A stretch of 32,000 bases of DNA from Planctopirus limnophila DSM 3776 (GCF_000092105.1 NC_014148.1:4860001-4892000); one strand, 5' to 3'. Counted from the first letter of the stretch, positions 1 to 8,251 are shown. Notes: generated from the sequence alone by a model not told the origin. Program-made: numbers and translations.

Positions 1-1820
1 CGCCCATCCTTCGTGACGATGTGGTTGCGAATGAACGTGAACTGGCCCAATCGTCCTGGCAGCAATCTGGGTTTGCTCCAGGCCCGGCCCTGATTGGGAC
101 TGGTCATGATCCATGATTGCCAGTTTCGGCCCCACGTTTCAGAGTGCGTCGAAAAGAACATGGTTAACTTGCCGCGATGCACCATCACCTCGGTCGCACC
201 TTGTCCACTGGTGAGACCACTGCGCGGCAGACCGGTGGGAACCTCCTGGATCGCAGACCAGGTCTTTCCCTGATCCAGACTTTTGACGACGCCTATGTAG
301 TTCCCTGGCGATGGTTCGATGTCGTCACCCGCCAGCAGGTAGAGCGCCCACGATTTATCCGGCAACTGACGCAGTGTCGTGTCGCAAACCAATTTGTTCG
401 GTGTGATACCATCATAGGCAATCGTTGTACGGTCGAACTCCGCATTCTGCAGAGCTTTGTCTTTCCATCGACCCTGCGAACCTTCGACCATGGCGAGAAG
501 TTTCACGTCAATTGGCTGCGCCACGGGGTCTTTTTTCACGCCGGGCAATTTTGATTCGAGAAGCCCGCCCATGGCCTTGGTGATCACTCCCTGAAGGCGT
601 GCATCGTGTGAAACAATTTTTCCAGCTGCCACATCCTCTTCCCGAAAAACAGCCAGCTGCACTTCCCGCTCTTTCGCCCGCTCGCGGTCATACGAAATGT
701 AGATTCTTCCATCGGGAGCCTGAAAACCATCCGGGTAGGAAACTCCTCCCCGGTCATCGAGCATCAGTCCGCCGCCCCAGGTTTGGCCCTCATCATGTGA
801 GAGGAACGCCATCAGTCGTGTCCGATGTTTTGTGCGTTCATCCACCTGGCCATGCCTGACCAGCAGCAGGCTTCCTGAAGCCAACCGACGGATATGAAAT
901 CTCGTCGGGATATGCGGCATCGCCATTTCAGGCTGACTCCAGGTCTTTCCCTGATCTTGCGAGAGACTTTCAAACATCCCTTCTGTGGTGCGGGCCAGCA
1001 TCCAGAGTGTGCCATCCTTGCGTTCGATAATCATATGTTCGTCAAACTGCGGGCCAGGAAAGGCGACGCCGCCACGATAGTTCCACGTCTTTCCTTGATC
1101 TTGGGAAACCAGGACATTGGCCTTGCGGTAAGGGTCGAGTTCTGGAGCAGCGGTTTTGAGTTCCGCAGGACCGATCTTGCCGCGATCCCATAATGAAACG
1201 GGAAGCATCCATTCCCCCGACTTGAGGACAGTCGGTTTATTGAGCGTGCAACCATCCCAGATCCGGCGTGGAGCCGACCAGACAGGAGATGCAGCATCGG
1301 GGTCATCGCACGTGATCGCCCAGTTCCCGGCACGACCATCAAAATAGCCCATCGATTGATCGAAAAAGAGCCAGAGTCTGCCGGTGGGATCAGTCCATAA
1401 ATTTCCGACAAGAATCCGACGCTTCAAACCTGTGGGTGCTTCGGGTGGATCAATGACCAGTTGTGGCGACTTCCACGTCTGGCCATCGTCATCACTCAGG
1501 CCCAGCACAAAAAATCCTTTCTCGCTGTCTCCACCCGCCACCCAGGCGGCCCACAAACGTCCTTTGGACGTTCGTTCAATCCCGATGGTCATGGAGTAGT
1601 CAAGCTGCTCCGGCGAATATTCGGGCCCGGGATGGGTCTGAATCACCGGTGGAACCAGCGAAAGATCCAGAATCTCGCGTCCGGGCAAAGTCTCTGCCCC
1701 CAGAGTGACTTGCCCTCCCAGAAAGCAGCACACTCCTCCCAGGAATAACAAACTCAGACAGCGGGTGAACTCTTTGAGGTTCTCAGAAACAACAATGTAT
1801 AAAGCGCGCGACCGAGGCAT
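1..1820 (-). CDS. BNR/Asp-box repeat, sialidase-like glycoside hydrolase with N-terminal signal/anchor; C-terminus lies beyond the left window edge
   Basis: Not in the ORF track, probably because there is no in-window stop. My reverse-complement translation from ATG (1820..1818) stays open to position 1. It starts MPRSRALYIVVSENLKEFTRCLSLLFLGGVCCFLGG. It contains repeated S-x-D-x-G-x-T-W Asp boxes: SDDDGQTW, SQDQGKTW (twice), SHDEGQTW, SLDQGKTW and a degenerate SPNQGRAW. These are arranged as two propeller-like halves. Confidence 0.8.
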   Translation of the reverse strand, partial: MPRSRALYIVVSENLKEFTRCLSLLFLGGVCCFLGGQVTLGAETLPGREILDLSLVPPVIQTHPGPEYSPEQLDYSMTIGIERTSKGRLWAAWVAGGDSEKGFFVLGLSDDDGQTWKSPQLVIDPPEAPTGLKRRILVGNLWTDPTGRLWLFFDQSMGYFDGRAGNWAITCDDPDAASPVWSAPRRIWDGCTLNKPTVLKSGEWMLPVSLWDRGKIGPAELKTAAPELDPYRKANVLVSQDQGKTWNYRGGVAFPGPQFDEHMIIERKDGTLWMLARTTEGMFESLSQDQGKTWSQPEMAMPHIPTRFHIRRLASGSLLLVRHGQVDERTKHRTRLMAFLSHDEGQTWGGGLMLDDRGGVSYPDGFQAPDGRIYISYDRERAKEREVQLAVFREEDVAAGKIVSHDARLQGVITKAMGGLLESKLPGVKKDPVAQPIDVKLLAMVEGSQGRWKDKALQNAEFDRTTIAYDGITPNKLVCDTTLRQLPDKSWALYLLAGDDIEPSPGNYIGVVKSLDQGKTWSAIQEVPTGLPRSGLTSGQGATEVMVHRGKLTMFFSTHSETWGRNWQSWIMTSPNQGRAWSKPRLLPGRLGQFTFIRNHIVTKDG

Positions 1821-2083
1821 GAGCACGTGCCTTTCTCGCAAAAAAGGAGGAGATGTCAATCCGTGATGTAAACAAACCAGCTGTCAAACAAACCCAGGTG
1901 GCAAACAAAACCGAGTGGCAAAGAGCAAAGTCATTGACCAGCAGCAACTTCTTTGTAACGACTTGCCCGGCTCAAGGACAGAGGCCACAAGGCTCCCCAA
2001 GAGCAACAATCTTAAGAATCACCACAACCTCTTCGTCATGAACGACATGATGGAGAAACATTTTCATCTATACAGACTCTCTC

Positions 2084-2150
2084 TAGAATCTACGGACATT
2101 TAGACCCAAAGATAATCAACAACAGCCGTCATTGAATGTGTAGAATCTAC
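2084..2150. promoter_or_regulatory. Two copies of the palindromic motif TAGAATCTAC (2084-2093, 2141-2150) in the AT-rich divergent intergenic region; candidate operator pair
   Basis: Exact 10-mer repeated 57 nt apart. The second copy reads GTAGA-A-TCTAC, a perfect palindrome, and ends 13 nt before the ATG at 2163. Confidence 0.3.
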
Positions 2151-2162
2151 AAGGCATTACTT

Positions 2163-2429
2163 ATGAAATCACAGCTAACAAACGCTGGTAATACGATTGT
2201 TCCGGCGTATCTTGCACTCCTTGCGAGGGGATTGTCGATTGTCAAAGAACCATCAGCATTTACTGAGTCAGGCATGATTTGGGTTGCCGAAGACACAACG
2301 ACTCAGTTTTCTGCCGAAGATCTGGTAACGCTCCTGGGCTTGGTGGCCATGCAAGAAACTCGGGGAGCAGGTTGGCAGGCATCGGACGAAGAAATTGAAA
2401 GTTTCTTCGCGAAATATGGTGTGCCTTGA
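2163..2429 (+). CDS. Small soluble hypothetical protein (88 aa from ATG 2163; the track ORF starts at ATG 2136)
   Basis: ORF track 2136..2429. Balanced, protein-like composition. The stop overlaps the next ORF's start. I recognise no family. Confidence 0.45.
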   Translation: MKSQLTNAGNTIVPAYLALLARGLSIVKEPSAFTESGMIWVAEDTTTQFSAEDLVTLLGLVAMQETRGAGWQASDEEIESFFAKYGVP

Positions 2430-2803
2430 AAGATGATTTATTCAAATTGCGTGAGCCTGATATCACTCAGATGGATCCTGTCACTCAGCTTCAAACGTCG
2501 AGACAAGTGCCACTTTGGCGAATGGCTCGAATTCTGGGCTGGTCGCCTCTGGTGATGGCCATCCCGGTTTTCTTCATCATTGCCGAATGGATTCCTGACC
2601 GGAATCATGGGAGCATTGCCGACGGTTTTCGAAAACTCAATGTCTTCCTGGAAGTGATGGCCCCTTTGGCGATCATCTGTTGGGTGGCCGCAATCCTCAT
2701 CATGATCTGGGCAAGTTTCTACTCATCGGCTCACAGCCGACAGAATTGGCGGTTAGCCGCCTTGATTTTCCTGGTTGGCCTGACACTGTTACTGATGGCT
2801 TAG
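2426..2803 (+). CDS. Small integral membrane protein, about 3 TM segments, unknown function
   Basis: ORF track. The TTG at 2426 overlaps the upstream TGA (2427-2429); an alternative ATG lies at 2471. Hydrophobic stretches: SPLVMAIPVFFIIAEWI, VMAPLAIICWVAAILIMIWASFY, LAALIFLVGLTLLLMA. Confidence 0.55.
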   Translation: MKDDLFKLREPDITQMDPVTQLQTSRQVPLWRMARILGWSPLVMAIPVFFIIAEWIPDRNHGSIADGFRKLNVFLEVMAPLAIICWVAAILIMIWASFYSSAHSRQNWRLAALIFLVGLTLLLMA

Positions 2804-2894
2804 TATTGTTACTGCTCAGTACGCTCAACACGTCTCAAGCAATACTTCTCCAGTGTTCTCCCATGAAATTGACACGCCGCCTGCTGTTGAAGAT
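2758..2894 (+). repeat. Direct repeat copy 1: last 14 codons plus stop of the membrane gene, the intergenic spacer, and the first 10-11 codons of a Tat-signal ORF
   Basis: Hand alignment to 5747-5884 gives about 120 identical of 138 aligned columns with one 1-nt gap. Weaker similarity continues to about 2920 / 5915. Confidence 0.9.
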
Positions 2895-3045
2895 GGCATC
2901 AGCTTCTTGCTGGGACATTCTGTTCCCACTGAAGGCCTGTGATGCACTTGGGGGTTTGTCTTTCTTGATGATCAAGGGGGAGTTGGATAGGCAACTCGCA
3001 AGGAAATCAAAAGCTTCACGGGCAGTTTGGAGCCTTCTTTCCTGA
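2863..3045 (+). pseudogene. Truncated 5' remnant of a PhoD-like Tat-signal gene (MKLTRRLLLK...)
   Basis: It begins with the same ATG and MKLTRRLLLK as the intact gene at 5853. It then diverges and stops after 60 codons. It lies inside repeat copy 1. Confidence 0.5.
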
Positions 3046-3277
3046 TCGCTATTTGTACCGAAATGAGTGGCAACGCGTGTTCGCTGAAAATTGATGATCA
3101 TGCCGGCTGCCCGTTGGTCTTGGTTATCGGTAAGACAAAATGAGCAGCTAGCCTCTTCCGATCGATTACGTGCCACCTTTTTTGAGGGTAAGTCGTCCGA
3201 CAAACTTTTTGCTGTGCATGTGAAAAAATCGTGAGATTGTGCTGAACCTTTTTCCGTGAAGCAGGGAATCAAAGGGC

Positions 3278-3874
3278 ATGGAAGGCAATCGCACTTATTC
3301 CGAGAGCGAACTGATTCGCCGCATACAAGCGGGGGAGTCAGGTCTTTTTCAAGAACTTGCCCGCCGGCACTCAGAATCGTTGCTGCGTTGTGCCTTCACT
3401 CTTTGCCGAGACCAGCAGTTCTCAGAGGATCTGACGCAAGAAGCATTACTGGAAGGGTGGCGTTTCATCGGTCGATTCGATGGCCGGTGCCAGTTTTCCA
3501 CCTGGTTGTACGGAATTTTAAGGCATCGATTCTTGAAATCTCTCAGACAGAAGTCGCTGCAAGAACCGCACTCGTGGCTTCTCGATGCAGCTTCTCTCAT
3601 GACGGCTGAAACGATTGATCCTGTTCACCAATTGAAACTGAACGAAGACGCATCACGACTGCGGCAGGCGGTGGCTTTGCTTCCCGATGAACACCGCCAG
3701 GTGATCGAGCTTCGTTTTTTTGCCGAAGCGTCCCTCGAAGACATAGCGGCAGCACTCGATGTTCCGTTGGGAACAGTCAAATCGAGACTTCACAACGGTC
3801 TGGAAAAACTGCGGCAACAAAAAATCACTGTGAACCTTTTCTCGAACACCGGGGAATCAGGAGTGAAACCATGA
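3278..3874 (+). CDS. ECF-type RNA polymerase sigma-70 family factor
   Basis: Region 2: FQELARRHSESLLRCAFTLCRDQQFSEDLTQEALLEGW. Region 4 HTH: LPDEHRQVIELRFFAEASLEDIAAALDVPLGTVKSRLHNGLEKLR. Length is 198 aa. Confidence 0.92.
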   Translation: MEGNRTYSESELIRRIQAGESGLFQELARRHSESLLRCAFTLCRDQQFSEDLTQEALLEGWRFIGRFDGRCQFSTWLYGILRHRFLKSLRQKSLQEPHSWLLDAASLMTAETIDPVHQLKLNEDASRLRQAVALLPDEHRQVIELRFFAEASLEDIAAALDVPLGTVKSRLHNGLEKLRQQKITVNLFSNTGESGVKP

Positions 3875-4464
3875 TGCACGATTCACTCACACCTTGTGAA
3901 ACTCGCCTTGAGGAGATCAGCCTGCACGCTGCTGGCTGTCTGACGGAAAGCGAATCCCGCGAACTCCGGGAGCATCTTGGCCAATGTGCAGGATGCCAGG
4001 AGCGTTTTGTGGAAATGCAGAATCTCACAGGGGCCTTAAGGACTGCAAAACCTGAAGTTGATTCAGCCCGTGTGGCCCTCATCGAACAAACCCTTCTTTC
4101 GTTGAAGTCAGAGATACCCAGGAGAAAGCGATACTCTGTCACAGCGTTCGTGAGCGCCATACTGGTAGCTGCCGGTATTCTGGTGATGATAGGTCTTTTT
4201 AGCCCATTCTTCTCACGAGAACATCAGCCTTCAGTCGCGAGATCTGTCGATCCGACCCTGCCCACTCCTTCGCAGGTTGTCTCTGATGCTCCAGTCATCG
4301 TTGCGGATGCCTCCATTTCCCGGTCAGTGCCAACATTGATGGCACTTCGTCGAGCAGCGTCTGAGTCAGAGGAGTCCCTCGACAAACTCCTCGCTCAATG
4401 TTCGGAACATGTCTTTAACGATTCATCTCAACCTCCCTCTGTATGGCAAGGAAATGTACAATGA
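3871..4464 (+). CDS. Anti-sigma factor: zinc-finger (HC2-like) N-terminus, single TM, short extracytoplasmic tail
   Basis: ATGA overlap with the sigma gene stop. H-x3-C-x2-C motif (EHLGQCAGCQERF). TM segment AFVSAILVAAGILVMIGLF. Confidence 0.75.
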   Translation: MMHDSLTPCETRLEEISLHAAGCLTESESRELREHLGQCAGCQERFVEMQNLTGALRTAKPEVDSARVALIEQTLLSLKSEIPRRKRYSVTAFVSAILVAAGILVMIGLFSPFFSREHQPSVARSVDPTLPTPSQVVSDAPVIVADASISRSVPTLMALRRAASESEESLDKLLAQCSEHVFNDSSQPPSVWQGNVQ

Positions 4465-5693
4465 AACGAACAACGACCCTGCTGATTCTGGGATTACTGA
4501 TATCTGGCGGAACTTCTTCACATCTCCGTGCTGAAGTCGTTCCTCAATCGGCGCCAGTTGTCAAGATGGCTGCTGCTCCCAACGCGGCTGTTATCTACTG
4601 GCAGGCCTTTTATGCGATCCCGAATCTGACTGAAGAGCAGAAGAAGGTTCTCGAAGCCGCCATTTCCAGCGACGAAGCACCAGTTTCTGATCAGCTAAAA
4701 CCAATTTTTGCTCAATACCGTATTGCCTTGCATGAAATGCAGCGTGCCCGCCAGGTGACTCCTTGTGACTGGCAACTGGACATGAGCGCTGGCCCCGAAT
4801 TACTGCTACCGCACGTCCAGAAATTGCGAGAACTCAGTCGCGTTAGTCTTCTCAGGGCTCGACAGCGGTTTGCTGAGGGTGAGAACGATGCAGCGATCGA
4901 TGATGTTCTGGCAACTCTGAAAATGGCGCGGGATTGTGCCAGCAGTCCCCTTCTGATTTCGATTTTGGTCAATGCCTCGATTGAAAAGGCCGCCATTGAC
5001 CTTCTGGCCCGCCAACTTCCGGCGTTAACAAAAGATCAACGGGATCGTCTTGAAAAAGAACTTGCACTGCTGCCACCAACGGTCACTGTTGCCACTGCCA
5101 TGCAATGGGAAGGCGAGATTTTTGGTACCTGGTTGAAACGAAAACTAGAAGCCGAGATTCGACAGCAGGGCAATTCTCCCTCAATCGAAAAACTGTTTGC
5201 AGCGCTTTGTCTGTCGATCGGTGTCCCCTGCAATTTGGATCCCAAGCCAGAGGATCGTGAGGGACAGCGTCGGGCCGAGTTAATCAGAACTTTGTCAATT
5301 GCTGATATTCATGCACAAATTGATCAATTGAGCGATGATTTCAATACTCTGGCCCAAATTGCCAGCCTGCCGATCGATCAGCGAAAGGCCAAAGTCGACG
5401 CCTTTGAAAAGTCGATTGAAGCTGCCAAACAGTTAAAGGACAAGGCCGATTTAAGACGCTGCCTGACCATCACAGCTCTGCCATCAATTGGAAATGTCAT
5501 CACTCGTGAAGAGCAACTGCATATTCGTCGTCAGTTACTGGAACAGGCGTTAAGGGTCCTCCGGGACGGTGAGAATTCATTGACACCAATCGACGGGAAA
5601 ATGGTTCGATATCAGAAAATGGCCCATGGCTTTGAACTCCATTTATCAAGCAGCTCTGGTGATGTCATCTTGAAGGTTGGCACCGAGAGTTAG
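4461..5693 (+). CDS. Secreted, helix-rich protein of unknown function; third gene of the ECF module
   Basis: The ATG at 4461 forms an ATGA overlap with the anti-sigma stop. Signal peptide MKRTTTLLILGLLISGGTSSHLRAE. About 410 aa. No family recognised. Confidence 0.7.
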   Translation: MKRTTTLLILGLLISGGTSSHLRAEVVPQSAPVVKMAAAPNAAVIYWQAFYAIPNLTEEQKKVLEAAISSDEAPVSDQLKPIFAQYRIALHEMQRARQVTPCDWQLDMSAGPELLLPHVQKLRELSRVSLLRARQRFAEGENDAAIDDVLATLKMARDCASSPLLISILVNASIEKAAIDLLARQLPALTKDQRDRLEKELALLPPTVTVATAMQWEGEIFGTWLKRKLEAEIRQQGNSPSIEKLFAALCLSIGVPCNLDPKPEDREGQRRAELIRTLSIADIHAQIDQLSDDFNTLAQIASLPIDQRKAKVDAFEKSIEAAKQLKDKADLRRCLTITALPSIGNVITREEQLHIRRQLLEQALRVLRDGENSLTPIDGKMVRYQKMAHGFELHLSSSSGDVILKVGTES

Positions 5694-5746
5694 ACTCATC
5701 GTTCCAGGGAAATCAAGATGATGTTCCATAACGATTGATCGGACGT

Positions 5747-5884
5747 CGCCTTGATTTTCCTCGTTGGTCTGACACTGATACTGATGACGTAGTATTATTA
5801 CTGCTTCAAAACGCTCAATACCTCTCATGCAGTACCTCTTCAGAGTTCACCCATGAAATTGACACGCCGCCTGCTGCTGAAGAT
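5747..5884 (+). repeat. Direct repeat copy 2 (partner of 2758-2894)
   Basis: See copy 1. It contains an orphan ALIFLVGLTLILMT-stop fragment, the spacer, and the true start of the PhoD-like gene. Confidence 0.9.
5748..5792 (+). pseudogene. Orphan 3' fragment (14 codons plus TAG) of the membrane gene that ends at 2803
   Basis: It translates ALIFLVGLTLILMT* against ALIFLVGLTLLLMA* at 2759-2803. An in-frame TGA at 5736-5738 lies just upstream, so there is no gene body. Confidence 0.5.
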
Positions 5885-7829
5885 TGCCCCTGTGGTTCTG
5901 TTGGGACAGTCTTGTATTTCCCGCGCTTTTGCTGCTGCCGTGCCACCGTTTGGAGAGAAGTATCCCAACCTGGAATCGCTGACGACCGGCGAGTGGTGGA
6001 ACAAAGGGGCGCTGGCGGCAACGCCGAATGCGAACAAGAACGCCAAGGGCAAAACCAAAGCGGCTGGCGGTCCGGCGGCACCGCCTTCGATGAATGTGCC
6101 GCGAGATGAGGTGGTCTGCTTCGCGTATTACACGCAGCAGAATGGCGTGCTGAAGCTGAGTGCCCAGCTCTTTCCACTAAAGCCCGATGAAGAGCGTGTG
6201 GCCAGGCTCGAAGTCCGACCCGCAGGCGAAGACTGGAAGGAGATCGCCAGAACTGAGGTGCTTTATCCGGGTTGGGATGCCCATTTTCGCGTCGAGGGCT
6301 GGGATGGTTCAAAGAACGTTCCCTATCGAGTGCGTCACGGCGAGAAGGCCATGTTTGAAGGCCTCATCCGTCGCGATCCTGTCGAGAAAGAGGTGATCGT
6401 TGTCGCCAACATGAGCTGTAACAGCAGTCGCACCATCGGACCACGCACAGAGATTGTCGATAACCTCCGCGCTCAGGATCCTGATGTTCTTTTCTTCGGT
6501 GGTGATCAGACCTATCGCCACACCGAACACACTGCCGGCTGGATTGAATTCGGCTTGCAGTTCCGCGACATCATCCGCGACCGGCCCACGGTCTGCATTC
6601 CCGACGATCACGATGTCGGCCATCCGAATCTCTGGGGCGAAGAAGGTGGTCAATCGCACATCGAAGGCGATGCGGACGGAGGCTATCGGTACCCGGTCGC
6701 ATACGTCAATCAGGTCCAGCGGCAGCAATCATGGCATCTGCCCGATGCACCCGATCCCGCGCCAGTCAACCGGGATATTTCGGTCTATTTCACGCGAATG
6801 ACTGTCGGTGGCATCGACTTTGCCATTCTCGAAGATCGAAAGTTCAAGACCGGTCCTGCTGGAATGATCCCGCAGATGGGACCGCGTCCTGACCATATCA
6901 ATGATCCCTCGTATGACCCGAAGAGTATTGACCTGCCTGGTCTCGAACTGCTCGGCCCGCGACAGGAGAAGTTCCTGCACGAGTGGTCGCAGGATTACAG
7001 CGGCGGTGCCGAGATGAAATGTGTTCTTTCTGCGACCGCCTTTTGCGGAGCGGTCCATATGCATGGCGGACCGAACAGCCGACTGCTGGCCGATCTCGAC
7101 TGCAATGGCTGGCCGCAAAGTGGTCGCAATCGTGCTCTCCGGGAGATTCGTCGCGCGTGGGCTCCGCATCTCTGTGGCGACCAGCATCTGGCGGTCGTCG
7201 TCAAGCATGGTATTGAGACGTTCGGCGACGGCCCGTTTGGTTTCACCAGTCCCGCCCTTGTGAACACAATCTATGGTCGCTGGTGGCATCCGCTGGATGA
7301 GCAGGCCGGGCCGAATCCCGTTCCGAACAGCCCATTGCCCTGGACTGGTGATTTCAAAGATGGACTTGGCAATCCGATCAGCATGCTGGCCTACGCCAAC
7401 CCCGAGAACATTCAGAACGAACAGCAAAGGGCCGATGGCTACGGCCTGATCCGTTTCGACAAGAAGTCGCGAAAGATTACGTTCGAGTGCTGGCCGCGGT
7501 TTTCAAAGGTCAGCGAAGGAGACAAAGCCCAGTTCCCCGGCTGGCCAGTGACCATTGCGCTCGATGCTAACGATGGTCGCGCGATTCAAGGCTGGCTGCC
7601 GGAACTGATCTTCGAAGGGGTTGAGAATCCTGTGGTTCAGGTGATCGAGGAAGCGACTGGAGATATTCTTTACGCAGTCCGCGTGCAGGGAACCCGCTTC
7701 CAGCCACGGGTCTATTCGACTGGTAAGCATACGGTCAAAGTGGGCCGGGACCGACCGGACGCTCAGTCGATGGAAGGCCTGGAGCCTCGGCCAAAGGACA
7801 TGGCCGGAAGTCGCCAGGTCAAATTCTGA
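5853..7829 (+). CDS. Tat-exported PhoD-like / calcineurin-like metallophosphatase
   Basis: Twin-arginine signal MKLTRRLLLKIAPVVLLGQSCISRAFA. Metallophosphatase-like motifs VVANMSCN, FFGGDQTY, IPDDHDVGHPNLWG, LCGDQHL. Length is 658 aa. Confidence 0.8.
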   Translation: MKLTRRLLLKIAPVVLLGQSCISRAFAAAVPPFGEKYPNLESLTTGEWWNKGALAATPNANKNAKGKTKAAGGPAAPPSMNVPRDEVVCFAYYTQQNGVLKLSAQLFPLKPDEERVARLEVRPAGEDWKEIARTEVLYPGWDAHFRVEGWDGSKNVPYRVRHGEKAMFEGLIRRDPVEKEVIVVANMSCNSSRTIGPRTEIVDNLRAQDPDVLFFGGDQTYRHTEHTAGWIEFGLQFRDIIRDRPTVCIPDDHDVGHPNLWGEEGGQSHIEGDADGGYRYPVAYVNQVQRQQSWHLPDAPDPAPVNRDISVYFTRMTVGGIDFAILEDRKFKTGPAGMIPQMGPRPDHINDPSYDPKSIDLPGLELLGPRQEKFLHEWSQDYSGGAEMKCVLSATAFCGAVHMHGGPNSRLLADLDCNGWPQSGRNRALREIRRAWAPHLCGDQHLAVVVKHGIETFGDGPFGFTSPALVNTIYGRWWHPLDEQAGPNPVPNSPLPWTGDFKDGLGNPISMLAYANPENIQNEQQRADGYGLIRFDKKSRKITFECWPRFSKVSEGDKAQFPGWPVTIALDANDGRAIQGWLPELIFEGVENPVVQVIEEATGDILYAVRVQGTRFQPRVYSTGKHTVKVGRDRPDAQSMEGLEPRPKDMAGSRQVKF

Positions 7830-7979
7830 TACGGATTCCAATAAACAACTGCGTCGGCGGGTGGCTGGGGTTGAGTCTGCGAACCCCCAGCGATTTTTGG
7901 CATGAACTGGGGGTTCGCGAAGACGCTCAACCCCAGCCACCCCATACCAGGGAGCGCGGTCGAATACTGGAATCCGTAT
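7829..7979. repeat. Three-tier nested palindromic element immediately after the PhoD-like stop codon
   Basis: Outer arms: ATACGGATTCCA (7829-7840) / TGGAATCCGTAT (7968-7979). Middle arms: GGGTGGCTGGGGTTGAG (7859-7875) / CTCAACCCCAGCCACCC (7926-7942). Inner arms: GCGAACCCCCAG (7879-7890) / CTGGGGGTTCGC (7907-7918). All three pairs are perfect complements. Confidence 0.85.
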
Positions 7980-8251
7980 GAGTAGTTGTAAATCAACATT
8001 GAGGATTCAAACCGCGCAGATTGTGAACAGCGTGATGAGGCGCTCAGCTGAGTCCCCGATTTCTTTGAGCCTAAGCACATCGCTGTACAGGTTTTTGAAC
8101 AGATGTCGATGCCAGCGTCTTGCGGGTGCATGATCCACTTCCCTAGAATACTCGTTACTCCAAGACGGGCTCGTCTGCCAGATCAGACGATGTGTGGCGA
8201 CTCCCGTTCAATTCAAGCTCTTTCCTTCAGCGAAACCCAGGGAAAACCTTT

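Noticed and set aside
177-1748. Many 60-126 aa track ORFs on both strands (for example 177..554, 1031..1411, 1461..1748)
   Set aside because: All lie inside the long open minus-strand BNR/sialidase-like frame. They have odd, Arg/Ser/Pro-rich compositions and are shadow ORFs.
3244-3270. GAACC-N17-GAATC, resembling an ECF-type autoregulated promoter upstream of the sigma gene
   Set aside because: The downstream element is not the usual CGT-type -10. It also ends only 7 nt before the ATG. This is not enough evidence to call a promoter.
2835-3272. 145-aa minus-strand ORF between the membrane gene and the ECF sigma gene
   Set aside because: Its C-terminal part is only the antisense reading of the duplicated MKLTRRLLLK segment; the same RRRVNFMGE string appears antisense to 5853. 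The composition is poor and I recognise no family. A short real gene cannot be fully excluded.
6729-7427. Long antisense ORFs opposite confident genes: 6729..7427, 8213..8857, 10059..10526, 14031..14771, 15928..16710, 20458..20856, 27163..27723, 29179..29784
   Set aside because: Each is fully embedded antisense or out of frame in a gene with strong family motifs. Their products are Arg/Gly/His-rich and lack motifs. They are typical shadow ORFs of GC-biased coding sequence.
7503-8131. Two overlapping minus-strand ORFs (145 and 122 aa) downstream of the PhoD-like gene
   Set aside because: They run through the nested palindromic element and the 3' end of the phosphatase gene. The open frames are most simply a by-product of the GC-rich palindrome.
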